64,000 nucleotides of DNA from Yuukianura sp. NJ FZ-2021 (Eukaryota): positions 9,734,001-9,798,000 of the forward strand of contig CM102287.1 of NCBI GenBank assembly GCA_046563655.1, given 5' to 3'. How positions within the stretch are numbered: the first letter of the stretch is position 1; each line of letters begins with the position of its first letter. The notes beneath the pieces are model-generated. The model saw only the letters and a list, made by a program, of their open reading frames with translations. It did not search any database and was not told where the DNA came from. The position numbers were made by a program, and so were the translations under genes. Below are positions 1 to 12,575 of the stretch, one piece after another.

Positions 1-85
1 GTTCTTTGGTTCTCAAAATTTTGGAAAAATTTGAAGTAAACCTTGGTTCGGGTTCATAATCGAATTTTGAAATTAATGTTTATAG

Positions 86-851
86 ATGGAGAGAATGTAT
101 TTGCGACATGTGCGAATTGGTAGCGGAGCGCCAGAGAATTATGGCTGCTCAAGTGGCTCTACGCAGGTTGGACTATTTTTTGTACAACTTAAAAAATTTA
201 AAACGAATTTGTTGTAATCAAATCTAAATTTTTAATCATATTTCTAATCCCAGGCAGCAAATAAATCTAAGGTCAGCGAAGGAGGTCAGAGGTCAATCCA
301 ACAAAAAATTGGTAGTCAATGAAAACAGGAAAGAAAAGTTTCAAAATTTTAATCATAGCGATGAAAATTCGGCCAAAAAAGTTACTTCTCTGCCGCAACA
401 AAATCAACTTGCGACTCTTCGAAAGCTCGCGACGCAAAAAAATCTTCGAGCGAAAGCTAACGCCAGAAAATCTTGCAGATTTGACGTCGCTACTTCCGGA
501 AACGCTGAAATCGGGACTGCAGAGTATTGGACAAGTGTCAGAACGCGTCTTCGCAAAACATTCGCTGATCCGAAACTAACTGAAAGTCATCATGAACCAT
601 TTTCAGCATCAGTAGTATCATCAGCATCATCAGCAACATCATCAGCAATATCAGCAACATCAGTATCTATGGCGTCCCTCTTAAGTTATTACTCACTCCT
701 TGCTTGTTCATATTTTCCCACCACTTTGACTGATTACGCAAAAACAAATTCGATCTTTTCAGCTCAAATTTCAAATTCAACGCAACTCCCTCCGCATTCA
801 AAAATTTCGTTTTCAATGGACGCCATTTTGAATAAATCAAGTCAAATTTAA
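86..851 (+). CDS. dmrt: DMRT (doublesex/mab-3 related) transcription factor, last two coding exons (86-166, 254-851); 5' part lies upstream of the window
   Basis: Spliced translation gives [29 protein letters not shown], the C-terminal half of a DM domain; GT-AG intron 167-253 joins in frame to the 309..851 ORF; ends [16 protein letters not shown]. Subfamily (Dmrt2/11E-like) is tentative. Confidence 0.92.
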
Positions 852-914
852 TATACCCTAGTTTTTTGAATTCAAAATTTTTCGAAATTTTTCAAAATGC
901 TGATTTTCGTTTTT

Positions 915-3007
915 CTAGAGTCCTTCAAAATATTTTTTGAGCTTGCCAAAAAGTTCTTTGGAGTCAGCATGATCCGGGTAGTTCGCCAGTGCTTTTTGGA
1001 CAATCAAATAAGAATTTTGCAAGTCTCCAACCTAAAAACACATTCTTTTCAATGAAAAGTGTCAAAATTTCATAAAATTTTGAATTTTTGGTTACGCTGT
1101 CAGCGATTTTGGCTTCGTTGAACAACGGTTCGAACATGTGAGGTGCCAAGGACGCTGCAGTTTGAAAATAAGCGATGGCCAGATCAGCTCGGCCTTTACG
1201 TGCTTCCAGAACGCCAAGATTGTTGTACGCTTCTGCGTGATTGTTGTCTGATGAAATGGCGAGTCGGAAACACTGTCCAGCCCAAATTGTATCACAAAGT
1301 CCCTTATACAAAAATACTTTTTTCGAATTTCAGTTTTCAAAATTTTGAATTTTGAATTTTGAAAACATACCAGAGCAATGTGTCCCAAGTTGTACCAAAT
1401 TTCGGCAATGTTTTCATTAGAAGAAATGGTAAAAGCACGTTGAAAACAAAGCAAAGTCATGTCATATTGCTGAGAAGCAAAACAGCACAGGCCCAGGTTC
1501 ACAAAAAGTTCTGCCGTGTACAGCCCCATTTGCAAAAGACGCCTACATTTAAAAAAAGGCATTTTTTTGAATTTTTTTTTTCAAAATTTTGAAAAAAGTT
1601 TACCTGTAGAAACGTAGGCTGACTTCTGGTTGGTCAGTGTAGAAATGATGCATGCCGATACAAGCAATTGCTTCAATATTGGACGAATCTTGACTCAAAA
1701 CTTCTCTGTAGTGTCGCACACTTTGACTCACGTTTTGCAATCCTTCGTGAACTCTAAAAAACAGAAATTTTGGGAACATAAAATTTTGAAAAAGTTAAAA
1801 TTTTCAAAATTTCAATACCTTCCCATTTCAGTAAGAAGTGTGACGTCACCGGGAAACTTTTCCAGCCCACGCTGACAAACGTCGAGCGCTGCAAGCGGTT
1901 GATCCAGTTTGACATAAACTTTGGCCAGCCCAATGTACGTCACCAGCATCGGCTCAACAATCAGCGCTTGACGAAAGTATTTTTCAGCGTTTCTGGGTTG
2001 ACCAAGTCGCAGCCTTCGAAATTCAAAAATTTGGTTCAAATTTTGAAAATTTTGAAATCCTCAAATTTTGAAAATGTCACCAGCAAAGCCCTATTTGGAC
2101 ACACCACCACCAGTCACCGTGAACCCGTCCAGTCTCCCGCTCAGTCACTTTTTGAGCCTGCGTTGCTAGTTCCAGGGCCTAAAATTATGAAAAGTTCAGA
2201 AAATATTAAAACTTGATTTTTTTTTTTTAAATTTTGGGTTGAAATGAATTTTTTGTGTTACGTGTTTCGTATCGTTGTCGACGTAGAAGAGATACTCAAA
2301 GAGTGCTTTGGCCACACCCTCATCTGCAGCATACTTGATAATGTTGAGTCTGGAAGTGTTGATGAACGGTCCATCTCCAGTGGCCATTGAAGCCGTTCCG
2401 AGCCGAACGTACCGACCACTTGAAGCCGAAATCGGCCGAGCAGAACCGACTCGAGATCGAAGTGCCTGGTCAATTGAAGTTCCTGGACGAGCAGAAGCAG
2501 TTGAGCCTGGTCGGTTGATTCCTGAAAGTGGACGACCGGATTGAGTCGTCGGCCGAATGGAAGGACTCGGCCCATCTCGGGTGGCCGTGGAACTGCGAGC
2601 GGTCGGTAAGCGCAGAGTCGTTCCTGGCCGAGCTGCAGTTGCAATTGTATCTTCTGCAATCAAAAAAAAAGATACGGTAAATTCTTATTATTATTTTAAT
2701 TATTATTATATTGAATTTTAATTGTACCTGAGAATACTGATTCTGCAATTCCATCATCGAAGATTTCCAGAAAATCGATTCTTACTTCCTCCGTAAGAGC
2801 TCGAGTCTTCAAACTCCAAACAGCCTGTAAAAATTCAAAAAATTTGAACTAAAAAGTATTTTTCAAAATTCGATTTTTTTAAAAATCCTGAACAGTTGAT
2901 CGTACCTTATCAAGTGGATTTTTCCTCAGAAGTTCAGTACAAATTGCAATGCATTCCGTTAGCTGACGTTGCCGAAACTTGACAATTGCGACGTATAACG
3001 GATCCAT
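915..3007 (-). CDS. TTC8: BBSome TPR subunit BBS8/TTC8, multi-exon
   Basis: Starts MDPLYVAIVKFRQRQLTECIAICTELLRKNPLDK; contains RPGTTLR, RPTTQSGRPLSG, SGRYVRLGTASM, GPFINTSRLN, YRRLLQMG-type segment, HAEAYNNLGVLE; ends DHADSKELFGKLKKYFEGL* (stop 915-917). Confidence 0.96.
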
Positions 3008-3120
3008 ATTTTTTGGAACTCCAGAATTCTGAGTTGCTACAAAAAAATATAAAATTCTAAAAGAAATTCACAATCTGGAACCAAATCTCAAACTCTAGTT
3101 TTTCATCTGCTTCAATTTAT

Positions 3121-3133
3121 GTTACCAGGCATC
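3121..3133 (-). promoter_or_regulatory. Candidate RFX X-box upstream of BBS8
   Basis: GTTACCAGGCATC (minus GATGCC-T-GGTAAC) ~115 bp upstream of the BBS8 ATG; one good half-site; BBS genes are known RFX targets. Confidence 0.4.
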
Positions 3134-3869
3134 AAAAAGTGTCAACAGAACAGAAACAAAAGCGCATGTGATTTGAAAATTGATCCGCTTCTGTTCAAAC
3201 TTTCAAAATTTCGAAAACCCAATTTCACAGAAAACTCAAATTCGACATAATTTTAATCTTGTTTAAAATAAATAACAACAAAAATCCCAAAATCCGAATC
3301 CCGATAGCCCGAACATGACTTTGGACAAAAATATTTAAAATTTCTAAAACACAAAACGTAAAATTTTCTAAAAACACAATTTTTCATAACTTTCTAAAAA
3401 CGTAGTTTTTCCTAAAAAAAAACGAAATAAGTTTACAATTCTACAGTCTTTTAGTCTATTTTAAAATTGAAATTTAAAATTTTTCTGAAGTTTACAAAGT
3501 TAAATGGCATCTTTTCCAGAGGATATTTTTGTGGGTCTTTAAAATTTCCTAAATCCACAAGTGATAAAGGTTTTTACAAGACTAAATTTTTTCTTCAACT
3601 AAATTTAGTGACCCTGGGAGTGAAGGTTAGGAAGACACTGAACTGATCAATTCTAAATCCCATTTTCAATTCAACTTTTCAAAAAATAGGAGTTTTCTAG
3701 CCATTCGCTTCTAAAATTTAGAATTTTCCTCCACCGATTATCTAACTTTTGGTCTAATTTTGATAATTTTGAAACATAATTTTGAGAGAATCTCTTAAAA
3801 TTTAGGATAAATTTTGCATTTGAAAGAATATAGGATTGGGTTTGGGAAGAAGACGAGTGGAGTTAGGTT

Positions 3870-6369
3870 TCAGTTGTGTCTAGGATATGGTATGTCCACT
3901 GCCCCACTGACTGGTGGCGTGTGGGAAGTGTTGGGTGATCCAAGTGGGTTCGGACTGGCCCCACCATCAGTCCCACCCAAAATGTAGTCATCCACGTTCA
4001 GTTTAGTCAAACTCTGACTTTTGCTGCTGTTTGAGGAACTGTAGTACGAGATGTAGCCAGTCGTTCCAGGTTGTCTCTGTTTCTCCATCAGTTTCCGAAG
4101 GAGCAAATCTGAGTCGATGGCATGAAGTACCCCCGGGGGCCCTTGATTCATGTCGCGTCCCACTCCGCGGAAGTGAGAATGAGACTAAACCAAAAACAGA
4201 ATTTCAAAATCTGCAAAACTTTCAAAATTTTAAATTGAGTTCAGAAATCTCACCTGTTCAAAAACTGCTTCCAAATTGCTCTCGACGTAACTATTTTTTG
4301 GAGTGAATGGATACGAAGATGGATTTGGTTTCAACTCATCGTCACTCCGTTCGTATCCTCTCAATTTCCCTCGCTTCATTTCAATCTTCTCAATCATTTC
4401 TCTTGAGTTGAATGACGGAAGAAAGTAGTTCTCCTGAGCATATCCATCAACTGGTTCTGCACATGAGTTTTGTGGTGTGTAGGGACATGAGTTGTATGCA
4501 GAATTTTGTGAACTTCCACTCAGACTAATGGGGTCACCAATTCCAAGAGACTGAACTGCCGTGTAGGAAATTGATGGAAGTGGAGAGGTCACGAATTTAG
4601 TTGGGCTGGAAGCAGGACCAGAGTCTCCGTTTGGTGGAAAAAGGAGAAGCTCGGAACCATTTGCAGCATCCGGATCGAACGGGCTCTCTAAACACACACA
4701 AAAAAACTTCAAAATTTTGAACTCATGAAAATTTTGAAATTTTGAAATTACGGCTGCTGCTTCGGTTGAAGTGCGTCACTAAAAAAGGAAGCACGAACTT
4801 CCTGGAGAGAACAAAGTTTCGCTGTTGATATGCGAACAGCGCCGTTTGACCTTCAACTGAACTCCGGATCAAGTGCAAATCCAATTCCGAATTTTCCAAT
4901 GGTGTACAAATCTGGGGCAAAAAATTTAGAAATATCGAATGAAAAATTTCGAAAAGTTCAAAATTGTGTTTGCTCAAAATTTTGAAATTACTTGTCTTGC
5001 TCTCTGCATGGAATCAGCAAAAACGATGATGTCTTTTTTCACTTCTCCGTTGATCTCTCCAATTCGAACGCAGAGGATCACAAGGGCCGTACAGTTGTGA
5101 GCACGCATGTGAGATTTCATACTGTCCAGCACATTCGGAAGTTCCAGAAATTGCTGTAAAATTGAAAATTGCAATGTAAAATGTTAAAACTAAAGTTGAT
5201 TTCATGGAATTTGAAGTCGTACTTGTGATAACATCGGAACAGCTGGTAGGGAGATTGCAAATTCCTGCAGAACTTTGCAATCTTTACGCAGAATTTGGTC
5301 TGGAGTGAGCTGAGAGACGTCACTGCGTGCTGCCACTAAAGTTTTGAACAGTTCTGTACTGTTTGGGCGAGTTGATGTGACTGCAAGTGCTTCTTCCAAG
5401 TCTTGAGCCATTTTCAAATCTTTGGGCGTCGTGCGTTGAGCAGCCGCTGAAAAATTGAATGTGTCCAGGACTATCGTACCTAAAAAGAAAAAAAAAGTAA
5501 TAATGAAACTACTCGGAAGGAAACCAAATTGACATTTAACGAATGGAGGCCTAGGATTAAAAGTTATCATGTGACATTTACCGTAAAGTAACCGACAAAC
5601 GACTGGATCGTTCTTGAAGTGTCCAAATACCAATTCAGTCACGAGCGTAGTACAAGAACCGACGGGTTCAATAATGTCACGACGATCCACTGGTCTCTCT
5701 CTTCTGTGATGATCAATGACACGGTGCACACTGGGACCAAGGTGAGCGTCACCTTGAGCCAGCAAGTTGTGGTCAACGAGTGTCAACTTTAGCTTCCCAC
5801 TGCGATGAAGTCCAGTCAGGTCAATCTCATCTCTGTCGGAAAGACCAAAGACGTTAATTGATTAATTAACTTTTAGTTACTTTTTTCATGTTAACCTTTG
5901 TTCCTGTGACTTACCGACAAATCAGCTGGTCGAGGCTTATCCCGTTGTCTTTGAGGAAATAAGTTGATTCCGTTCGCAGCGGCAAATCCTCTCGGTTGCA
6001 GTTGATCACCGAAAAGACAAGGGACTGTGCCGCCTTGTTGTTTTCCTGTTGCAAACAATCCAAAATTGGCAAAATAAAATGCAATTAGCACAATTACTAG
6101 AAACTCATTTACAGCAACTCTGTGTCTGACCTTCTCTTCCTTGCAAATGGAATGGGCCAGGAAGTATCCCGTGATTACAGAAGATACGACAGAGTCCAAA
6201 TCACATGATTCATTACACAGAACCACATGAACGTCAGCGTTCGATTCCTGAAACCAATCAATCTCCAAAGGTCAGAGGTCACACCAATTATAACTTGTGG
6301 ACTTACCAAAGCAGTGTCCACTTTCTGCTTCGAAGATGTCAGAAACGATGACAAGGAGCCGAGATCCAT
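3870..6369 (-). CDS. prune: Prune-family exopolyphosphatase (DHH/DHHA2) with long Ser/Pro-rich C-terminal extension, multi-exon
   Basis: Motifs VHVVLCNESCDLDSVVS, LVDHN, VIDHH, EPVGSCTTLV, GTIVLDTFNFS, ILRKDCK, YQQRNFVLSRKFVLP; splice acceptor just upstream of the ATG implies non-coding 5' exons. Confidence 0.92.
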
Positions 6370-7651
6370 GACGTCCTGAAAACGATTTCCTCATTTTAGA
6401 CTTATTTGATATATCATATTAGACCTTATTTGTAAAACAACAAGGTCAAAGGCACTGACGTCAATCGATTAATTGAAAATGTCATTCCTTAGGAACCACT
6501 TACCCTTTCCGTTAACAATTCAAGACTGCCAGTGTCCGTCCTCGCAAAAGTTCAAGTCGATCTTTGCTTACTAGTATTTCTTGATTGATACTCCAACAAA
6601 ATGGAACCTAAAAATAGACCAACAGGTAAAATGGCATGACAAGTGATAGACACTTTTGGCCTTGCCGTAAACAATTACTCAATTGAACGGATAACTGGAT
6701 ATTGATTACCGGTGGAGGTGGACAACAGGGTATACCAAAAGGAGAGGATACAGCACCCACCGTTTATAAGATTACTAATTCAGTAGGCAACCATCACATG
6801 AGAGGACCAACAAGGGAGCCAACGGTAATATACCGACTGACACTGAAGAGATAGCAATTTGACAAATAACAATCAATTGACAATTGACTCACCTTTTTAG
6901 TCCAAGAGTAGTTATGGATTCGTCCACTCTTCAAGTTGACAATGACACGGTAATCGGATAACCAATTGATAATTGAAGAGAAACAAAATTACTAGTATTT
7001 TTCTTGTCTATGTTCTCTATACTGTTGGTAAAAATGAAAATAGAGCAGGTTTTTTTTTCCTCTTGTTTTTTTTTCTTTTGTTTTGCTCCCGACTGTGCAA
7101 AAAATTCATGGAATGACGCAAGTCCTGTCTCGTTTATGCCTGTGCAAAAACTTCAAAATTGCAAACTCCAGCCAATCCTGTGCAAATAATTTGCAAAGTG
7201 GATGTGACATATGCCTTATATGTGTGAACATGCGGGGCATATGCCATCCTTATTGATTAATTGAATTGGCAGTTAATTGGGAGGCCAAATTTAGTACAAC
7301 TTGTTGTTTACATGATTGAAAATGTCGCATTTTGATATTTTAAATTTTAGCAAAACATTCCGGAAGATGGACACACCTCAAATGGCCCTTCTGGCTTCCA
7401 ATGTGTCAATTACTTAATTACTAAGCACATGGTATGGTTAAGCTGCTTTTGCGGCGACCTTGGAGCTTCTCTTTTGAAAGAAGACGTGACCTCGGTATTT
7501 CTCGGCAGCCGTGCCGTTCTATCCGACCGAAGACGTCACTTTTGCTTATTGGATTTTCAAACATCTTTTGCAACTTTTCGACACTCCTGTTGACATTTTA
7601 ACAATTAATTACAAAAGCGACTTTAAACTTAAGCAGTCCAGGATTTTCATC

Positions 7652-9003
7652 ATGTCACACTTGGTAGGTCAGAAGATTCAGAGCATGTCACGGATTGGAC
7701 TACGATTTGCCTCTTCTAGTACTCCTAGTAGTAGTAAGTAAAAAAAATACCCATTAACGATTAAATGTCGATTTTTAGCGATGATTAATCGATTACTTAT
7801 GGATTTAGGTCCAGTACGAGTAGGATTCATTGGTCTGGGGAACATGGGAGCCAACATGGCCATGAACCTAATCAAGAAAGGTCATCAATTGACAATCTAC
7901 GATGTCCAGTCTGCTTCGGCTGCCAAATTTGATAAACTAGGAGCAACGATTGTGTCAACTCCGGCAGAACTGGCGGAGAAATCGGATAGGATAATTACCA
8001 TGTTGCCGGCTAGTCCACATGTACGATCGGCCTTTACCAGTCCAGATGGAATTCTTAGGTGAGAGGTCACGCATGGTCACGCAAGGTCAAACATAATATC
8101 TATAATCCAACACAACAACTACAGAAAAACTGCATCTCAATTAACTTAAGTAACTAAAACAGTTTTTGTGTTAATTTTTAGCGGAATCAAGCCTGGAACG
8201 ATTGCAATTGACTGCTCAACGATAGATCCCGACGTATCCAAAGACTTGGCAGTTCTTACTAAGGAAAAGGAAGCTTCCTTCGCTGATGCTCCAGTATCCG
8301 GAGGTAAGGATTAATTAGTTCAATTAATTAAGATTACGATTACTTGACTCTTGACTGATCAATGTTTTGATATCATAATACTGAAGGTGTCGTGGCTGCT
8401 TCAGCTGGAACACTGACTTTCATGGTAGGAGCTTCAAAGCCAGTTTTCGACGAAGTGGAGCCACTTTTGTTAAAAATGGGGTCAAAGGTCGTCCTTTGCG
8501 GAAGTGTTGGATCTGGTGGTGCTGCCAAGATCTGCAACAACATGTTACTAGCCATCTCTATGATCGGAACAGCCGAAACCATGAATCTGGGTATTCGGAT
8601 GGGCCTGGATCCTAAACTACTGGCAAGTATTCTCAACTCTAGTTCCGGAAGATGCTGGTCATCTGAAATGTACAATCCAGTACCCGGCGTAACGCCCAGT
8701 ACGCCAGCTTCCAACGGTTACAAGGTGACACTCGCCATTTCCATTCAACATTACCCCTAATGTGCTAATTAATCATGAAAACTAATTGATCAAATACTGT
8801 TTTCTACGAAGGGTGGATTCGGCACAGCCCTTATGACGAAGGACCTTGGACTTGCACAGAACGCTGCTCAATTCACGGCTACTCCAACCCCACTCGGAAG
8901 TCTGTCTCACCAGTTGTATCGCATGATGTGCTTGCGTGGACTCGCTGATAAAGATTTCTCTTCCATCTTCCAGTTCCTCCAAGAAGGGAAAAATGGCGCC
9001 TGA
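7652..9003 (+). CDS. HIBADH: 3-hydroxyisobutyrate dehydrogenase, mitochondrial
   Basis: [14 protein letters not shown]ossmann motif, [61 protein letters not shown]; stop 9001-9003; alternative ATG at 7685. Confidence 0.97.
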
Positions 9004-9643
9004 CCTTTGGCCCCAGCCTCCCCCAAAGGTCAAGGTCAAGAGGATCCACCATCGTCATCATCCAGTCATGTACAAAAACCTAACAAATTGACTAACCAAT
9101 TACTAGAGGACAGTAAGAACAAATGACATTCTTAAAAAAATTCAGAAGAAACACTATATTTTAGTAGCGAAAACCGAAAACTTGCAAAAATTGGAAAAAG
9201 TGCAAATTGTTCCAAAAATTGCCAATTCTTTTAGAAATAAACGCAGAATCTCGGAACGATTGCTAGTTAATGACTCGTGAATTTATTTCTTGAAGTTGAC
9301 GTTACAAATGACTCGGACTTGGTTAATTAGTAATTACTTTAGTAATTACTTGAGTAGTAATTAATTAGTAATTACAATTGTTTTAAAAATAGTTATTACT
9401 GCTGAACAATTTGACAATTTTTCTAAAAACGGGATTTTCTAAATCATATTCAATGGAGATTGATATAATACTTGTCCATTTTTTCGACTTGGCTTTGACT
9501 CGAACGCAGACAGACAGACGGACACTCTAAACTTACAAAGTGTCTCAATAAATTAATCATTTGTTAATCGTTGAATTTAACACTAACGTTTTACGATTGA
9601 AATTCAGACTCAGGAGCAAAGTAGATGATATAAGTTGGGATTA

Positions 9644-11537
9644 CTAGGAAGATTTTTCAGCAGTGTCACTTGCTGCTTCCGATAAGAACTTGGCCACTTC
9701 GGGATCTTGACCTTTGACCTCCGGAGGTCCATCGGAGTCGATGAACTCAAACGGTTCATTTTCAGTACTCGAAATACTTTCAGCACTTCCTTCTCCCTCC
9801 AACTTCCCTTCCAGAGTAGCTTCTTGGTCCAGTGAAGTTAAAGTGTCATGGACTGCAGAATTTTCTGCAGTGTCCCCTTGACCTTGATCTTTTGGCATGA
9901 CCTCTTCCTTTTCTTTTTCGTCAGACTCGCAAGTATTGTCTGCCTTCTGAGTAATATCATCTCCCTCTTGACTCAATTTTGAGTCTTCGGCGCCACTTTC
10001 TTCCGACGGTTCGTCCTGGTCACGGCGCGGTGAGCCTGAAGAGACGTGGGACGCTGCTGGACTGGACACGATTCCACCGCCCTCCATTTCTTCAATTACG
10101 ACTGTATGTCTTGGCAAAGTCTCAGCTGCTGGCCGCACTTGTCGAGGCGGATTGTACTGACGACAGAAGACACAGCGGTAACCTAAATAAAAAAAAGTTC
10201 AAAATTTCGAATCTCGAAAAACTTTCATAAAAAGCATTTTGATAGTTTCACTTACCGATAAACGGAAAATCTTCTGGTATTGCCAAACCATTATGAGTTG
10301 CACAGTATCTGCAAATGAGAGCGTAACGATTGGCTGGACCGTCGCCTACCCAGTAATCCACTAACTTATCCACCCAGCCAGTACTACGGTTATGCAAAGT
10401 AGGATTTCCTGGAGGTTGTGGCATCATGTACGTCGGTGGAGGTGGTCCTTCTACAAAATTCCAAAATCGGAATTTCAAAATTTCAAAATTTTTCAAAATT
10501 TCATCACTCATTTTACTTTTTTGCAGAATCTTACGTGACATGAACTGTGGAGGAGGAGGCCGTGGAGGAGGCTGCCGCGGTCCAAGTTGTGCCGTTGCTG
10601 TTCTACTTGTTGAAGGTGACGGCATGATAGCAGGCCTGGACAGAGGCATATTCATCGTTTGTCGTAGAAATTGACCTTGAGGCCCCCCTGGGATCGGTCG
10701 CATAAAAGGAGTATTCGGTATTGCAGGGGGCGGTGCTTGATTAAATGCTAAATTCCGTCTACGAATAGTATCTTGCATATCAGATGAGAAGCGGGGTGTG
10801 ACGGGGGTAGATGAGGTAGGGGAAGTAGACGGAGAGGTGAGACGCTGTTCAGCCAAGTACTTCGGCAGTAGTCGATTGGGGTCGTACTTTTCTAGGATCT
10901 CTTTAGCATTATTGAAAGTTTCAAACTCCATCACATCTTCCAGGAGACGTTGACGTTCCATTTTGAGTTCTTTGTAATTATCAACGTTGTTTCCAATTTT
11001 ACGTTTGTAGTACCAGGCCATAAGGCGTCTGAGACCCCAAATTCTGAGGATAATCAAGAAAGTAGTTAGTTAATTTAGTTAAATCGAAGGTTATTTAAGT
11101 AACAATTAATCTAAAACGTACAAAAATGGGAAGACGAGGAAAGGCAAGAGGTAGAGCAGAGTTGTCTTCCATGTGGGTCCTCTTGGACCGAAAAAGTAAA
11201 ATGCCCCTGCAGCGAACAAGTAAAGTACTGACGAGATTAGTACAAGTCGACCCAGCCATCGTTTCTGTGCCAGTTCAGTATCGAATTGAAATCGTTGAAT
11301 GTTCCTCAGCTCCTGAAAGTTTCAAATCAATTATCAATTGACGGTGGACTAAATTCTGAACTTGGAGTTCTTGGTTGTAACCTTATCCACTTTTTCCAGT
11401 CTCTCTCTGAGGGTCACTTTGCTCCCCTGCAAACCAAAACAGGAAGATTAACATCATGATTCATGAAAGTGTCAAAGGTTAATCGTTAGCGTTTAATTTG
11501 AAAAACTTACCAACAATTTGGAGAAAACAGCCCCCAT
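9644..11537 (-). CDS. LNPK: Lunapark ER three-way-junction protein
   Basis: N-terminal MGAVFSKLL (myristoylation-type), hydrophobic hairpin exon, LLEDVMEFETFNNAKEILEKYDP, VGDGPANRYALICRYCATHNGLA and YRCVFCRQYNPPR C4 zinc finger; acidic tail. Confidence 0.95.
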
Positions 11538-11868
11538 CTTTGTACAAAAGTATTTTTAGAAAATCCAGACACCAAAACCTTGTGACTTCAATGATGATGC
11601 CAAAAGGGAGGAACAGCTGTGATGAAGGGGGAGTTAATTGATGATCCAGTGATTAGTAATTGACTAATCACTAGACAAATTTCAACAACTAAAGCAAACG
11701 AAGAGGAAAAATGACACGTAAACTAAAATTTTTTGCAAAACTCTTCGTAGAATTTAAGGCAAAAAAATTAGCGCGTTTTGGCAAAGTCCCGTTTTTTTTT
11801 TGCAACGCTCCAATGCCCAAAGAATTCGAGGAATTTGAAATTCTTCAAAAATCAAATGGGCGGAAAAC

Positions 11869-11885
11869 GGCGGGAAAAATTCAAA
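11869..11885 (+). promoter_or_regulatory. Candidate E2F + CHR/LIN54 (DREAM-type) composite element in the divergent LNPK / PI4KA-like promoter
   Basis: GGCGGGAAAAATTCAAA = E2F-like GGCGGGAA followed closely by TTYRAA; lies between two head-to-head genes. Confidence 0.4.
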
Positions 11886-12278
11886 CTGTCAATTGACAAA
11901 AACAACAATAAAAAAAATCACGAAAGTTGTTTCTGAAGCTGACTTTCACTTTCACTCATAAATATTTTAATAATTACCGAAAGCTTGGTTTCGATAGAGC
12001 AGAAGCATCATATCATGCGTAGATGGGCAGTCAGCTAATGTCTCCATTAATTCGCTGTTAATTAACTTGAATAATTGAATAAAAAACGATGAAGCTAGTT
12101 GATTTGTATTTTTGGAATGTATTTTTTAGTTGAAGCTTTTTATTTTAGTTGTCTAACCAACTAATTACTGTTCCGTTGGTTTATTTGGGAGAACGAAGAA
12201 GAGAAGAAAGAAAAGTGAATGACATCTGCCATGAAGGAACCAATTTTGCTTTGTCTCAACATTTAACGTTGCATCCAG

Positions 12279-12505
12279 CATTCCTTTCTGTCGTCGAGCA
12301 TCAACCTAACCAAATCGTCAATCGTTGTTGTCCTGATTCAATGAATACCTGAACTTCCGCCGGTAATCTTTAGTCGGTGATGTAACTTTATAAATTGTTT
12401 GAACTAAAAAGTGTTTACCTGCCTGCCATGTCATTCTACTCTGTCTTCGAGATCAACCTAACCAAATCGTCAATCGTTGTTGCCCTGATTCAGTGAATAC
12501 CTGAA
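12279..12505 (+). repeat. Direct duplication (~53 bp near-identical core, ~75 bp overall) upstream of the PI4KA-like ATG
   Basis: tcaacctaaccaaatcgtcaatcgttgttg(t/c)cctgattca(a/g)tgaatacctgaa at 12301-12353 and 12453-12505. Confidence 0.9.
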
Positions 12506-12575
12506 ATAGTACGACTTGCTGCAGGAATCGGAATCAATCGTCATCAAGAGAGCTTGAGCAACTGAAATACTGAAA

